DNA from: an uncultured Pseudomonadota bacterium
Lineage (GTDB): Bacteria > SAR324 > NAC60-12
Length of the DNA: 19,289 nt
Assembly (NCBI GenBank): GCA_913020725.1
Contig: CAJWCD010000068.1
Span: forward strand, 1 to 19,289
Direction: 5' to 3'
Made by a program: the position numbers and the translations under genes. The first letter of the stretch is position 1. Each line of letters starts with the position of its first letter. The notes below the pieces were generated by a model that searched no databases, was not told the origin of the DNA, and saw only the letters and a program-made list of their open reading frames with translations. Shown here piece after piece: positions 1 to 8,044 of the stretch.

Positions 1-1
1 A

Positions 2-271
2 ACCGAAACGGAAAAATTCCGCGCCGACTCACGCGCTTATTTGCGATAAGGTCTAGTAAAGGAGGAGGAAAGTCTGACCGAACATGAGCGGGAGCGTCGC
101 GCCATCCTCAAAAGGTATGCGGATGTGAAAGCCGAGATTCAGAAAGTTTTAGCAGTGCGCGGGGCAAATGCAAATTATGTCGGGGAATACAAGGACGACA
201 AGATGCACGGACAGGGAACCTACAGTTCATCGAACCCCTTCATCCCATTCCTCTCATCACTCGAAGTGTGA
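2..271 (+). pseudogene. 3' remnant of a decayed or chimeric ORF with a single MORN-repeat motif; 5' end lies outside the window
   Basis: Frame from position 2 reads TETEKFRADSRAYLR*GLVKEEESLTEHERERRAILKRYADVKAEIQKVLAVRGANAN-YVGEYKDDKMHGQGTY-SSSNPFIPFLSSLEV*. There is an in-frame TAA at 47-49. Bases 176-223 match the MORN consensus YxGxW/YxxGxxHGxGxY, and the motif is not repeated afterwards. Confidence 0.55.
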
Positions 272-387
272 TGAAAAGTGTGACCTTGGGTTCCAACAAA
301 GGGGAGAAGAGAGATGAAAACCGTTAGGGAATATCAGATAATCTACTATGATTACAGATATTTATAGATAGAATGTGTTCTAACAGG

Positions 388-464
388 TGGTCGGGGTGAG
401 AGGATTTGAACCTCCGACATCCAGCTCCCAAAGCTGGCGCGCTACCGGACTGCGCTACACCCCG
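388..464 (-). tRNA. tRNA-Pro (anticodon TGG), 77 nt, CCA encoded
   Basis: Reverse complement is CGGGGTG-TAGCGCAGTCCGGTAGCGCG-CCAGC-TTTGGGA-GCTGG-ATGTC-GGAGGTTCAAATCCTCT-CACCCCG-ACCA: full cloverleaf, C1-G72 and A73 proline identity, TTCAAAT T-loop. Confidence 0.98.
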
Positions 465-479
465 AAGGAAGAAGGTTTC

Positions 480-507
480 AGTTTAACAAAGCCAAGCAGA
501 CCCGCAA
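480..507 (-). promoter_or_regulatory. Candidate sigma70 promoter for tRNA-Pro
   Basis: Minus strand reads TTGCGG-N16-TAAACT with an extended -10 (TGtTAAACT). The -10 ends 15 nt upstream of the tRNA 5' end. Confidence 0.45.
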
Positions 508-538
508 GCGGGATTCGCAGGATTCCGGAAAATCTTGC

Positions 539-1948
539 TCACAGCGAGTCGTAGTCGAGTCGGTTGAGTCCGTTGAAAGCGGCAACGCGGTAGGCTTCAT
601 CCAAGGTGGGGGAATTGAAGACGGCGTTGATGAAGTAGCGGATGGTGCCTTCAAAGTGCATCACGGAGTGTCCAAGGTGGATGAGTTCGGTGGCGCGGGG
701 GCCAATGATGTGAATGCCCAAAATCTTGAGAGTCTCAGGATCGAAGAGCAGTTTGAGGATGCCGTCCTTCTCAGCCATGATGTGCGCCCGTGTGATTTCT
801 TTGAAGTGTGCGATCCCGACTTCATAGGGAATGCACGCTTTGGTCAGTTCCTCTTCGGTTTGTCCAACCATCGCCACGGGAGGGATGGTCCAGATGCCGA
901 AAGGAAATTCTCGGGGCATGGACTCGTTCTGCAACCCTCCAAAGGCGTGCAACACAGCGATACGGGCTTGGATCACTGAAGTCGAGGCGAGTCCGGGAAA
1001 GCCAATGGCATCCCCTGCGGCATAAAAGTTCGGCAGGGTGGCTTGGTAGTGTTCGTTGGTGACGATCAGGTCGTTGTGCCCAAGCTCCACTCCAATGTCT
1101 TCAAGGCCGAGATTCCGGGAATTCGCCAGCCGTCCAGCCGCCACCAAAACGGTGGAACAGGGCAGCACTTTTTGACTCTCCAATTCAACGTGCATCTCTT
1201 GGGGCCCGACCTTGCGGATGGCCTTAACATTCTCGCCCAAGCGCAGAGTAATGCGTTGGTTGCGCATGCTGAAGACGAGGTTTTCGGAAATCTCCCGGTC
1301 AAGGAAGGGCAGGATATCGCGGTCGCGGGCAATGAGGTTCACGCGAATGCCCATCTTGGCGAAGATGCAGGCGTACTCGCAGCCGATCACCCCTGCTCCA
1401 ATGATCGTGATTTTGCGCGGAAGCTGCTCGATTTCGAGAATGGTGTCCGAGTCAAACACACACTCATGGTCGAAGGGAGCCCAGTCCGGACGCCTTGGAG
1501 AGGATCCTGTGGCGATCACGGCATAATCCAGCGAGATTTGATACGGTTCGTCACTCTCGTTAGGTGTGATCTCCAGTAAATTCGGACTGAGAAACCGAGG
1601 AGTGCCGTGCAGCACCGCCACCCGGTTTTTGTCGAGGTTGCGCCGCAGGGAATTTTCCTGCTCCTGGATGACATGCTGTTTGCGGAACATCAACTCAGCG
1701 GTTGTGAGGTTCTCCTTGAAAGCGATCTGAATGCCGTGGGATTGCTGGCGGATCATCGCCAGATTAACCACCGTCTCGCGGAGAGATTTCGAGGGTACCG
1801 TTCCGGTGTGTAGCGAGGCGCCCCCCAAACGATCCAAGCGTTCAACGAGCGCTACGCGTTTCTTGAGCTTGCTGGCCTGCATGGCTGCGGTTTCCCCGGC
1901 TGGACCAGAGCCGATGACCACGAGGTCGAAGTGTCGAACTTCCTGCAT
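539..1948 (-). CDS. sthA: Soluble (Si-specific) NAD(P)+ transhydrogenase, 469 aa
   Basis: FAD-binding GSGPAG, GGASLHTGTVPSKSLRE (no CxxxxC disulfide), NAD-binding GAGVIG, GD..GFPGLAS, and C-terminus FNSPTLDEAYRVAAFNGLNRL matching the SthA/UdhA signature FNYPTxAEAYRVAALNGLNRL. Confidence 0.9.
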   Translation of the reverse strand: MQEVRHFDLVVIGSGPAGETAAMQASKLKKRVALVERLDRLGGASLHTGTVPSKSLRETVVNLAMIRQQSHGIQIAFKENLTTAELMFRKQHVIQEQENSLRRNLDKNRVAVLHGTPRFLSPNLLEITPNESDEPYQISLDYAVIATGSSPRRPDWAPFDHECVFDSDTILEIEQLPRKITIIGAGVIGCEYACIFAKMGIRVNLIARDRDILPFLDREISENLVFSMRNQRITLRLGENVKAIRKVGPQEMHVELESQKVLPCSTVLVAAGRLANSRNLGLEDIGVELGHNDLIVTNEHYQATLPNFYAAGDAIGFPGLASTSVIQARIAVLHAFGGLQNESMPREFPFGIWTIPPVAMVGQTEEELTKACIPYEVGIAHFKEITRAHIMAEKDGILKLLFDPETLKILGIHIIGPRATELIHLGHSVMHFEGTIRYFINAVFNSPTLDEAYRVAAFNGLNRLDYDSL

Positions 1949-1981
1949 TTTGTCTAAATTTCTGAAATCTGAATCCCGCTC

Positions 1982-2010
1982 ATCCTAGCGGTTGTGCCCA
2001 CGAGGGTCAA
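1982..2010 (-). promoter_or_regulatory. Candidate sigma70 promoter for sthA
   Basis: Minus strand reads TTGACC-N17-TAGGAT, with the -10 ending 33 nt upstream of the sthA ATG. Confidence 0.55.
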
Positions 2011-2038
2011 TCCGGATACACCCCGTTGCAGGGACGAC

Positions 2039-2067
2039 TTGGCGTTGATGGGTTGATCTTTTATGAT
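2039..2067 (+). promoter_or_regulatory. Candidate sigma70 promoter for the selB operon, back-to-back with the sthA promoter
   Basis: TTGGCG(2039-2044)-N17-TATGAT(2062-2067). Confidence 0.45.
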
Positions 2068-2110
2068 GACAGAGTGAGGCAGAAGGGACAAAGTTCTAAA
2101 GGGCTAGAAT

Positions 2111-2195
2111 CAGCAACGGGTTGGAGCAGGTTTCAAACCTGCCCCAACCAGCAACCAGCAACGGGTTGGGGCAGGTTTCAAACCTGCCCCAACCA
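2111..2195. repeat. Two tandem REP-like palindromic units (40 bp, period 45 bp)
   Basis: CAGCAACGGGTTGGRGCAGGTTTCAAACCTGCCCCAACCA occurs at 2111-2150 and 2156-2195 with one mismatch. The core GGTTGGGGCAGGTTT-C-AAACCTGCCCCAACC (2164-2194) is a perfect 15-bp inverted repeat and resembles GTAGGGGC..GGTTTCAAACC..GCCCCTAC-type REPs. Confidence 0.9.
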
Positions 2196-2204
2196 CCCAT
2201 CTCC

Positions 2205-4151
2205 ATGAGCTTGACAACAGGACTCGTCATTGGCACCAGCGGGCACATCGACCACGGCAAGACCACGCTCGTCAAGGCACTGACCGGAATCGACACGGAT
2301 CAACTCGCGGAGGAAAAACGCCGGGGCATCACCATTGACCTCGGCTTTGCGCACGACACCGATGCTCAGGGGCGGCTGCTGGCTTTTGTGGACGTACCCG
2401 GGCATGAACGTTTCATTCACAACATGCTCGCCGGAGTTGCAGGCATTGACGCCGTCTTGCTCGTGGTGGCGGCGGATGAAGGCGTGATGCCACAAACTCG
2501 CGAACACCTCCACATCTGCAACCTGTTGCATGTGCCTGCTGGACTCGTTGCCCTCACACGCACCGATCTGGTGGACGATCCGGAGATGATCGAACTCTGC
2601 ATCGAGGAAATTCAGGAACTGACCGCAAGTACTTTTCTGGCAGGTTGTCCGGTGATTCCTGTCTCAGCGGTGACGGGCGTAGGGCTTCCAGACCTTCGGG
2701 CCGCACTGGGCAAGCTGCCGGAACGCAGGACTGCGAAAGTGGAAGAATTACCCTTTCGGTTGCCTGTGGATCGGGCGTTCACGGTCAAGGGTTTTGGCAC
2801 CGTGGTGACGGGCACGGTACTGTCCGGAACGCTTGCAACCGAGGATGAGGTCTGGCAGTACCCCGAGAAAAAACTGGTGCGGATTCGCGGGTTGCAAGCA
2901 CAGAACGAAACCGTTTCGCAGGCGCGTTCCGGACAGCGAGCCGCCCTTAATCTCGCAGGAATCGCCCGCGAGGACATTCAGCGAGGCCATCAGCTTGCGG
3001 CTCCGGATTCGCTGGCAACGAGTTACATGCTCAACGTGGAATTGCAACTGCTCGCCACTGAGGATGACCCGCTCATGACGCGCCGCCGCATCCGGTTGCA
3101 CCTTGGCACGCAGGAGGTGATGGGGCGGATGGTGCTGTTGGGGCAGAACGCCTTGGCTCCGGGAGAAACCGGACTCGCCCAACTGCGGCTCGAAGCTCCG
3201 GTGAGCAGCCGTTTTGGCGACCGCTTCATCCTGCGAAACTTCTCGCCCCTCACCACTTTGGGTGGTGGTCGAGTGTTAGACCCGTTGCCTGCAAAATCGC
3301 GGCGCACCCGCTCAGAATTGCCTGCACGTTTGCAGCGCATTTGCAGCGGTGATGAGGCCACGCAGTTAGAGGAAATCGTTTTTTTGCAGGGGGTCCAAGG
3401 GTTGAGGCAAGCGGAACTTCCCGTGCGCACAGGCTTGTCTGCTAAACAGGTGCAGCGCAACCTCCAACCCCTGCAAAGCCGACAGCACTTGATCTGCCTG
3501 GATTCCGTGGAAAAACGCTGGTTGCACGCCGATCATTTGGAGCGCATTGCTCGTTTTGTGCTGCGCTTGGTGGCTGCGCACCACCAGCGCTTTCCGGAAC
3601 GACAGGGCATGACCCGCCCGGAAATTGCAGGGAAACTCAATCTGTTGTTCGCCCACGAGCGCGAGGTTGAAACCCTGCTCAAGCTGCTCGTCAAACAGGA
3701 AAAGCTTGTGCAAGCGGATGGTGCCTTTGCGCTGCCGAGCTACGTTCCGGAAGTGTCTGGAGCGCGCGAGGTGCTGTTGGAGCAGTGCCTTGGAATTATC
3801 CGCAAGGGGGGCTTCCAGCCTGTACGGCGTACCCACTTGCTGGAGCAGCTTGGGGTGGACGAAAAAGCTGGACTCACCCTGCTCAAGTCGGCTGCGCACC
3901 ACAAGCAGCTCGTCCGGGTGAGTGAGGATTTGCACTACACTCCGGAGCAGCTTGAAGAAATCCGTTCGCGGCTGGAAACGCATTTTGTGAAAAACCCTAC
4001 CGTGACCGTGATCGAATTCAAGGAACTGCTCGGCATCACCCGGAAGTCCGCAGTGGAACTGCTGGAGCATTTTGACACCCAACGCCTCACCGTCCGACAA
4101 GACAACCTGCGGGTTCCCGGACTCCTCAAACCTCAAACTCAGGAAACCTGA
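2205..4151 (+). CDS. selB: Selenocysteine-specific translation elongation factor SelB, 648 aa
   Basis: [47 protein letters not shown] and GQRAALN (Sec-pocket D/R/R positions), and a long C-terminal winged-helix extension ending [20 protein letters not shown]. The start is moved from TTG 2121 to ATG 2205 because the upstream part is translated REP repeat. Confidence 0.96.
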   Translation: MSLTTGLVIGTSGHIDHGKTTLVKALTGIDTDQLAEEKRRGITIDLGFAHDTDAQGRLLAFVDVPGHERFIHNMLAGVAGIDAVLLVVAADEGVMPQTREHLHICNLLHVPAGLVALTRTDLVDDPEMIELCIEEIQELTASTFLAGCPVIPVSAVTGVGLPDLRAALGKLPERRTAKVEELPFRLPVDRAFTVKGFGTVVTGTVLSGTLATEDEVWQYPEKKLVRIRGLQAQNETVSQARSGQRAALNLAGIAREDIQRGHQLAAPDSLATSYMLNVELQLLATEDDPLMTRRRIRLHLGTQEVMGRMVLLGQNALAPGETGLAQLRLEAPVSSRFGDRFILRNFSPLTTLGGGRVLDPLPAKSRRTRSELPARLQRICSGDEATQLEEIVFLQGVQGLRQAELPVRTGLSAKQVQRNLQPLQSRQHLICLDSVEKRWLHADHLERIARFVLRLVAAHHQRFPERQGMTRPEIAGKLNLLFAHEREVETLLKLLVKQEKLVQADGAFALPSYVPEVSGAREVLLEQCLGIIRKGGFQPVRRTHLLEQLGVDEKAGLTLLKSAAHHKQLVRVSEDLHYTPEQLEEIRSRLETHFVKNPTVTVIEFKELLGITRKSAVELLEHFDTQRLTVRQDNLRVPGLLKPQTQET

Positions 4152-4303
4152 TGCACCGGCTCGCTCCACAATCCCGATTCATCCTCAAAACTGTCTTCAA
4201 ACGCAACTACGACGTGCTTTCCGCGAGCGGCCAAACAGCGGTCAACCGCGTGATGCTCGGAGTGGACATCGCCGCTTTGATTGCCCTGTTTGCGTGGTTG
4301 TGA
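4151..4303 (+). CDS. Small hypothetical membrane protein, 50 aa (not in the ORF track)
   Basis: [50 protein letters not shown]. The ATG overlaps the selB stop (TGATG 4149-4153) and the TGA overlaps the next ATG (TGATG 4301-4305). AGGA at 4141-4144 is a plausible RBS. The C-terminus is a hydrophobic helix. Confidence 0.75.
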   Translation: MHRLAPQSRFILKTVFKRNYDVLSASGQTAVNRVMLGVDIAALIALFAWL

Positions 4304-6504
4304 TGCGAAGCTCGCTGCTGTGGTTGACTCGAGTGCTAGTTGTGTTGGCTGCTGGCATTTTGCTGGCACCAAACCTCTCTGCGCAAAGTTTGCTCAACGA
4401 TCCGGACTGGGTGGAACTGCACCTGCAAACGGAGGCCACCGGGGAGGAAGCAGTCGCTTCCGAATTCAGCGTTTTTTCGGAACAGGGGACTTCAGCATCG
4501 CCTGATTTTCTGACTCCACTGCATCCGGAGTTTGAGCAGCCCGTTGCTTCCACCAATCCCCGCTTGCAGTTGACTCCCCAAGTCCGGGAACTGCTGATGC
4601 TGATGGAGGACGATCCTGTTGAGGCACAGCAGCAGTTGGGGTTGCTGGAATCGCGTCTGAAAATGGAGGATCGTGCCCTACTGCGCATTGTCCTGCTGCT
4701 GAATCTACAGCGTCCACGCACAGCCAAAGTGCTGGCCGAATCGTTTCTGCGGGAACTCCCGGATGATCCCCGCACCCCATTGGTTCACCTACTCCGCAAC
4801 CGGGCACACCTCGCTCTGGGCAAAGCGATTGCGCTGGACGGACGGTTGGAAGAACAGGTGCTGCGCACCCTGCCTGCCCGCTATCAACAGGAACTGCTGG
4901 AAGCACTGAGCGTCGACGCCGACGCCCGCAAACTCCCACTGGCTTCACTGAGTTACCGCCTCGATCTGCTGGCCAATCCGGAAACCGCCTCCGCCTCCAC
5001 TGAGCAGCAGGTGCTGGAACAACTTCGGCAAATCAACTCGCTCACGCAGTTGGAGGTGATTTCAGAACTCCACGGCACCGTTTCTGTGGTGCGGGCGTGG
5101 GTCCCGGAACTCTATGTGGAATTGCTGCGGAAGCAAGGCCAACACGCTCGTGCCCTAGAACTGCTCAGCCAGTTTCTCGCATCCGCCCGTGAGCACGAAG
5201 ATGCCGAACAGGTGCGTCGGCTGGAGGGTTTGCAGATTCGGATGCAATCCGCCACCCGGACGCGTCCTTACCGCATTGGGGTGATCCTTCCACTCAGCAC
5301 CACGAATCGCCGGGTGGTGCAGTTGGTCCGCGAGACGATTGACGGGTTGCGCCTCGCCCTGATTGCCGAACAGGAGGGACGGCTGCCGCGTGTGCGCATG
5401 GCGCAACCGGAGTTGCTGGATTTTGAGGAACTTGAGAGGTCGGGTGCTTTGGCTACGCTCACCGAGGTTACGCCAGCAGACAATGCTTCTCTCCCGTGGC
5501 AACTGGTGTTCCGCGACTCCAAGCTCAATCCGGATCACACGCGCAAGATGATTCAAGAACTCGTGGAGCAGGAACAGGTTGCCGCCATCATCGGGCCACT
5601 CACGCGCCGCACTTCCGAAGCCGCTGCCGAAGAAGCCCAGCGCTTTGGGGTGCCTCTGATCTCGCTCTCGCTCACGCGGTCGGTTCCCGATATCGGCGAG
5701 TTTGTGTTCCGCAACAACCTGAGTTGGGAGCAGGAAATCCAGACGCTGCTGCAACATGCGGTGGACTACCATCAGGCGCGACGTTTCTTGATCCTTTATG
5801 CGGACAACCGCCAAGGGCGTGAAAAGATGCGGCTGTTCTGGGAAGAAGCCGATCGCTTAGGGCTGGAGATTCACGGAGCGGAACCCTTTTCCTCCCAGCA
5901 GAAGAGTTTCGTTTCCAGCTTTGACGCCTTCACCCGCAAGCTACGTCCACTCACGCCGGAGCAGGAGGAAACGCTCAAGGAACTGGATGAGGATTTAGAA
6001 CCGGAGCATCCGTTCGACGCACTGTTTGTTGCCTCCGGATCGCTCAGCATCCGCAGCTTGCAAATCGTTTTTCCCTACCTCGAAGTGTACGGCATGCAGG
6101 ACACGCTGCTGCTCGGTGACAGCGGCTGGCACGATTACGCGCTACTGTTCGCCACAGGTCGTCGGGGGTTGCGCAAGCTGGTGATTGCCGCTGATTTCCA
6201 CAGAGAGAGCGAACGCCCGGAGGTCAGGGAGTTCATGGCACTTTACGAACGTATGTTCTTTTTTGCAGCGACCAAACAGCGTCCGGGCAACTACACCACC
6301 TACGCCTACGACACGGCAGGTTTGTTGATGAACCTGCTGCGGGTGGAACTGAATCAGAATCCCGCTGCGCTCAAGGAGGCGCTGCTGAGTTTGTCCGGAT
6401 ATCCGGGGGTGACGGGCGAGTTTCGCTTTGCGGAAAATGGTGAGGTGCAGCGCAAAATGCGACTGCTGCGCCCACGCGGCGTGAGCTTCCAAGCCTTGAA
6501 TTAG
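4303..6504 (+). CDS. Exported LpoA/LppC-like protein with helical N-terminal region and C-terminal type I periplasmic-binding fold, 733 aa
   Basis: Signal peptide MRSSLLWLTRVLVVLAAGILLAPNLSA/QS; helical TPR-like N-half; then RIGVILPLS, LVFRDS, VAAIIGPL, GVPLISLS, YAYDTA and YPGVTGEFRFAENG, typical of LppC / Peripla_BP_6 domains. No ABC permease or ATPase genes nearby. Start moved from 4072 to ATG 4303. Confidence 0.75.
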   Translation: MRSSLLWLTRVLVVLAAGILLAPNLSAQSLLNDPDWVELHLQTEATGEEAVASEFSVFSEQGTSASPDFLTPLHPEFEQPVASTNPRLQLTPQVRELLMLMEDDPVEAQQQLGLLESRLKMEDRALLRIVLLLNLQRPRTAKVLAESFLRELPDDPRTPLVHLLRNRAHLALGKAIALDGRLEEQVLRTLPARYQQELLEALSVDADARKLPLASLSYRLDLLANPETASASTEQQVLEQLRQINSLTQLEVISELHGTVSVVRAWVPELYVELLRKQGQHARALELLSQFLASAREHEDAEQVRRLEGLQIRMQSATRTRPYRIGVILPLSTTNRRVVQLVRETIDGLRLALIAEQEGRLPRVRMAQPELLDFEELERSGALATLTEVTPADNASLPWQLVFRDSKLNPDHTRKMIQELVEQEQVAAIIGPLTRRTSEAAAEEAQRFGVPLISLSLTRSVPDIGEFVFRNNLSWEQEIQTLLQHAVDYHQARRFLILYADNRQGREKMRLFWEEADRLGLEIHGAEPFSSQQKSFVSSFDAFTRKLRPLTPEQEETLKELDEDLEPEHPFDALFVASGSLSIRSLQIVFPYLEVYGMQDTLLLGDSGWHDYALLFATGRRGLRKLVIAADFHRESERPEVREFMALYERMFFFAATKQRPGNYTTYAYDTAGLLMNLLRVELNQNPAALKEALLSLSGYPGVTGEFRFAENGEVQRKMRLLRPRGVSFQALN

Positions 6505-6539
6505 GGTTTTCAGTGGTCGGTTATCGGTGGTCAGGTTCC
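6505..6539. repeat. Degenerate heptamer tandem repeat directly after the stop codon
   Basis: GGTTTTC-AGTGGTC-GGTTATC-GGTGGTC-AGGTTCC. The reverse complement is related to the GAAAACC unit in the amidase gene. Confidence 0.5.
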
Positions 6540-6600
6540 TCTCGATTCACGGAACACTCCCTAACTCTGCCCCTCTGGAACTCTGGATTTGCCCCTCAAA

Positions 6601-7665
6601 TCACCATTCCCCGGTCTGCTGCACCCGAGCCGCTTGGTCGAGGAGTGCTTCCACCATCGGAGTCAGCCCGGCAAAACGTGAGTCCTGAGTTTGCCCGTGG
6701 TAGTAGCGGTAGTAGATTTGCTGCATCACCACTGCAAGCCGGAAGAGGCCAAAGGTGTAGTAGAAGGTGAACTCCGCAATGGGAACTCCGGAACACTCCT
6801 CGTAAATGCGCACCGCTTCCTGGCGTGTCGGAAAGCCGTTCAGGTGCATTGGGGCCATGCGGAATTGTTGCAGGGCTTCCGGGTCGTCCTCCTGAATCCA
6901 GTACGCGATGGAGCCACCCAAGTCCATCAGTGGATCACCCAAGGTCGCCATTTCCCAATCGAGGACGCCGATGATCCGCAGCGGGTTTTCGGGAGCAAGC
7001 ACGAGGTTGTCGAGCTTGTAGTCGTTGTGAATGAGCGCGGGACGCGAGGTTTCCGGAATGCGCCCATGCAGCCATGCCATCACCGCATCGCAGTTTGAAG
7101 CGTCGGCAGTGTGGGCGTTGCTCCAGCGTCGGCTCCAGCCCTCCACCTGCCGCCGCACATAGCCTTGCGGACGTCCTAATTCTCCGAGCCCGATTGCTGC
7201 AAAATCCACCGTGTGCAGTTCAGCCAACAGTTCAAACATCGAGTGGGCGAGTCCGGCGTGTTGCTGCGAGGAAAGCGTATACTCCTCCGGAAATTGCTTG
7301 CGGACGATCACGCCTGCAATGCGCTCCATGACATAAAACGGCGCACCGAGCAGGGCCGGGTCTTCTTCGTACAGCAGCGGCTTGGGAGCTTGCTGGAAAT
7401 GCGGATGCAAGGCGCTCAGCACCCGGAACTCGCGGCCCATGTCGTGGGCGGATTTTGCTTTGGTGCCAAACGGAGGACGCCGTAAAACGAACTCGCGTTC
7501 CCCAAAGCGCAGCAGGTAGGTGAGGTTGGAATAGCCGGACGGAAACTGCTGAATTGTAAGCGGCCCAGCGCAACCCGGAATGTTGGCCTGCAGGTGTGCT
7601 GCGAGTGTGACGCAGTCCAGTTCCTCCCCAGCCCGGATGGCTTCAGGCGTGTTCAGTGCGGACAT
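6601..7665 (-). CDS. APH/choline-kinase-fold phosphotransferase, ACAD10/11 N-terminal-like, 354 aa
   Basis: QFPSGYSNLTY, VLRRPP, SAHDMGREFRVL, FYVME, Brenner motif HNDYKLDN, VLDWEMATLGDPLMDLG, FRLAVVMQQIYYRY. Confidence 0.9.
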   Translation of the reverse strand: MSALNTPEAIRAGEELDCVTLAAHLQANIPGCAGPLTIQQFPSGYSNLTYLLRFGEREFVLRRPPFGTKAKSAHDMGREFRVLSALHPHFQQAPKPLLYEEDPALLGAPFYVMERIAGVIVRKQFPEEYTLSSQQHAGLAHSMFELLAELHTVDFAAIGLGELGRPQGYVRRQVEGWSRRWSNAHTADASNCDAVMAWLHGRIPETSRPALIHNDYKLDNLVLAPENPLRIIGVLDWEMATLGDPLMDLGGSIAYWIQEDDPEALQQFRMAPMHLNGFPTRQEAVRIYEECSGVPIAEFTFYYTFGLFRLAVVMQQIYYRYYHGQTQDSRFAGLTPMVEALLDQAARVQQTGEW

Positions 7666-8027
7666 CAGCGGGCGAGCATGGCTTCCAGTTCCTGTAGCGA
7701 GGCTTGCTCCCCGTCGGTCACCAACGGCTTGTCCGGAAGTGCGGTTCCGTTCTCCACGACGGATTCCTTGGGTTGGACCTTGGGTTTCTGTTCCAGCGGT
7801 TCCTCCACAAGATCAGCCACCGTCCGCAGAGTATAGCTGAACTGGCGGCTCACTTGCAGCAAGCGCCCCCCTTCCACAAAATCCGAGTGGCTTTGGAAGG
7901 TTTCAAAATCATCAACCACCAGTGCGTGCTTGAGTGCCTCCGGCTTGAGGTAGAGCAACATGCCTTCCTGAGATGCGTCCGCCGAGTATTCAGTCTCCCG
8001 GGCTTCAAATTTGAACCAATTTTTCAT
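7665..8027 (-). CDS. Hypothetical protein, 120 aa, translationally coupled to the phosphotransferase
   Basis: MKNWFKFEARETEY...SLQELEAMLAR. RBS AGAAGG lies 7 nt before ATG 8027. The stop TGA overlaps the downstream ATG (TGATG at 7667-7663). The 8225 start in the ORF track is rejected. Confidence 0.75.
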   Translation of the reverse strand: MKNWFKFEARETEYSADASQEGMLLYLKPEALKHALVVDDFETFQSHSDFVEGGRLLQVSRQFSYTLRTVADLVEEPLEQKPKVQPKESVVENGTALPDKPLVTDGEQASLQELEAMLAR

Positions 8028-8044
8028 GGGTTTTCCTTCTATCA

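Noticed and set aside
539..1948. Second dihydrolipoyl dehydrogenase
   Set aside because: It lacks the CxxxxC disulfide and the HPTxxE dyad, and carries the SthA C-terminal signature.
2119..2194. SECIS-like autoregulatory element in the selB leader
   Set aside because: The hairpins are near-perfect palindromes with a TTCAA-type apex, lacking the apical G/GU and bulged U of bacterial SECIS elements. They fit REP better.
2111..2195. Mini CRISPR array
   Set aside because: Only two units, separated by 5 nt with no spacer, a fully palindromic core and no cas genes.
2121..2204. 28-aa N-terminal extension of SelB (QVSNLPQP twice)
   Set aside because: It is the translation of the repeat; SelB homology begins just after ATG 2205.
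4072..4302. 77-aa N-terminal extension of the LpoA-like ORF, including a CPVC motif
   Set aside because: It overlaps selB, would bury the signal peptide, and the space is better explained by the coupled 50-aa ORF in another frame.
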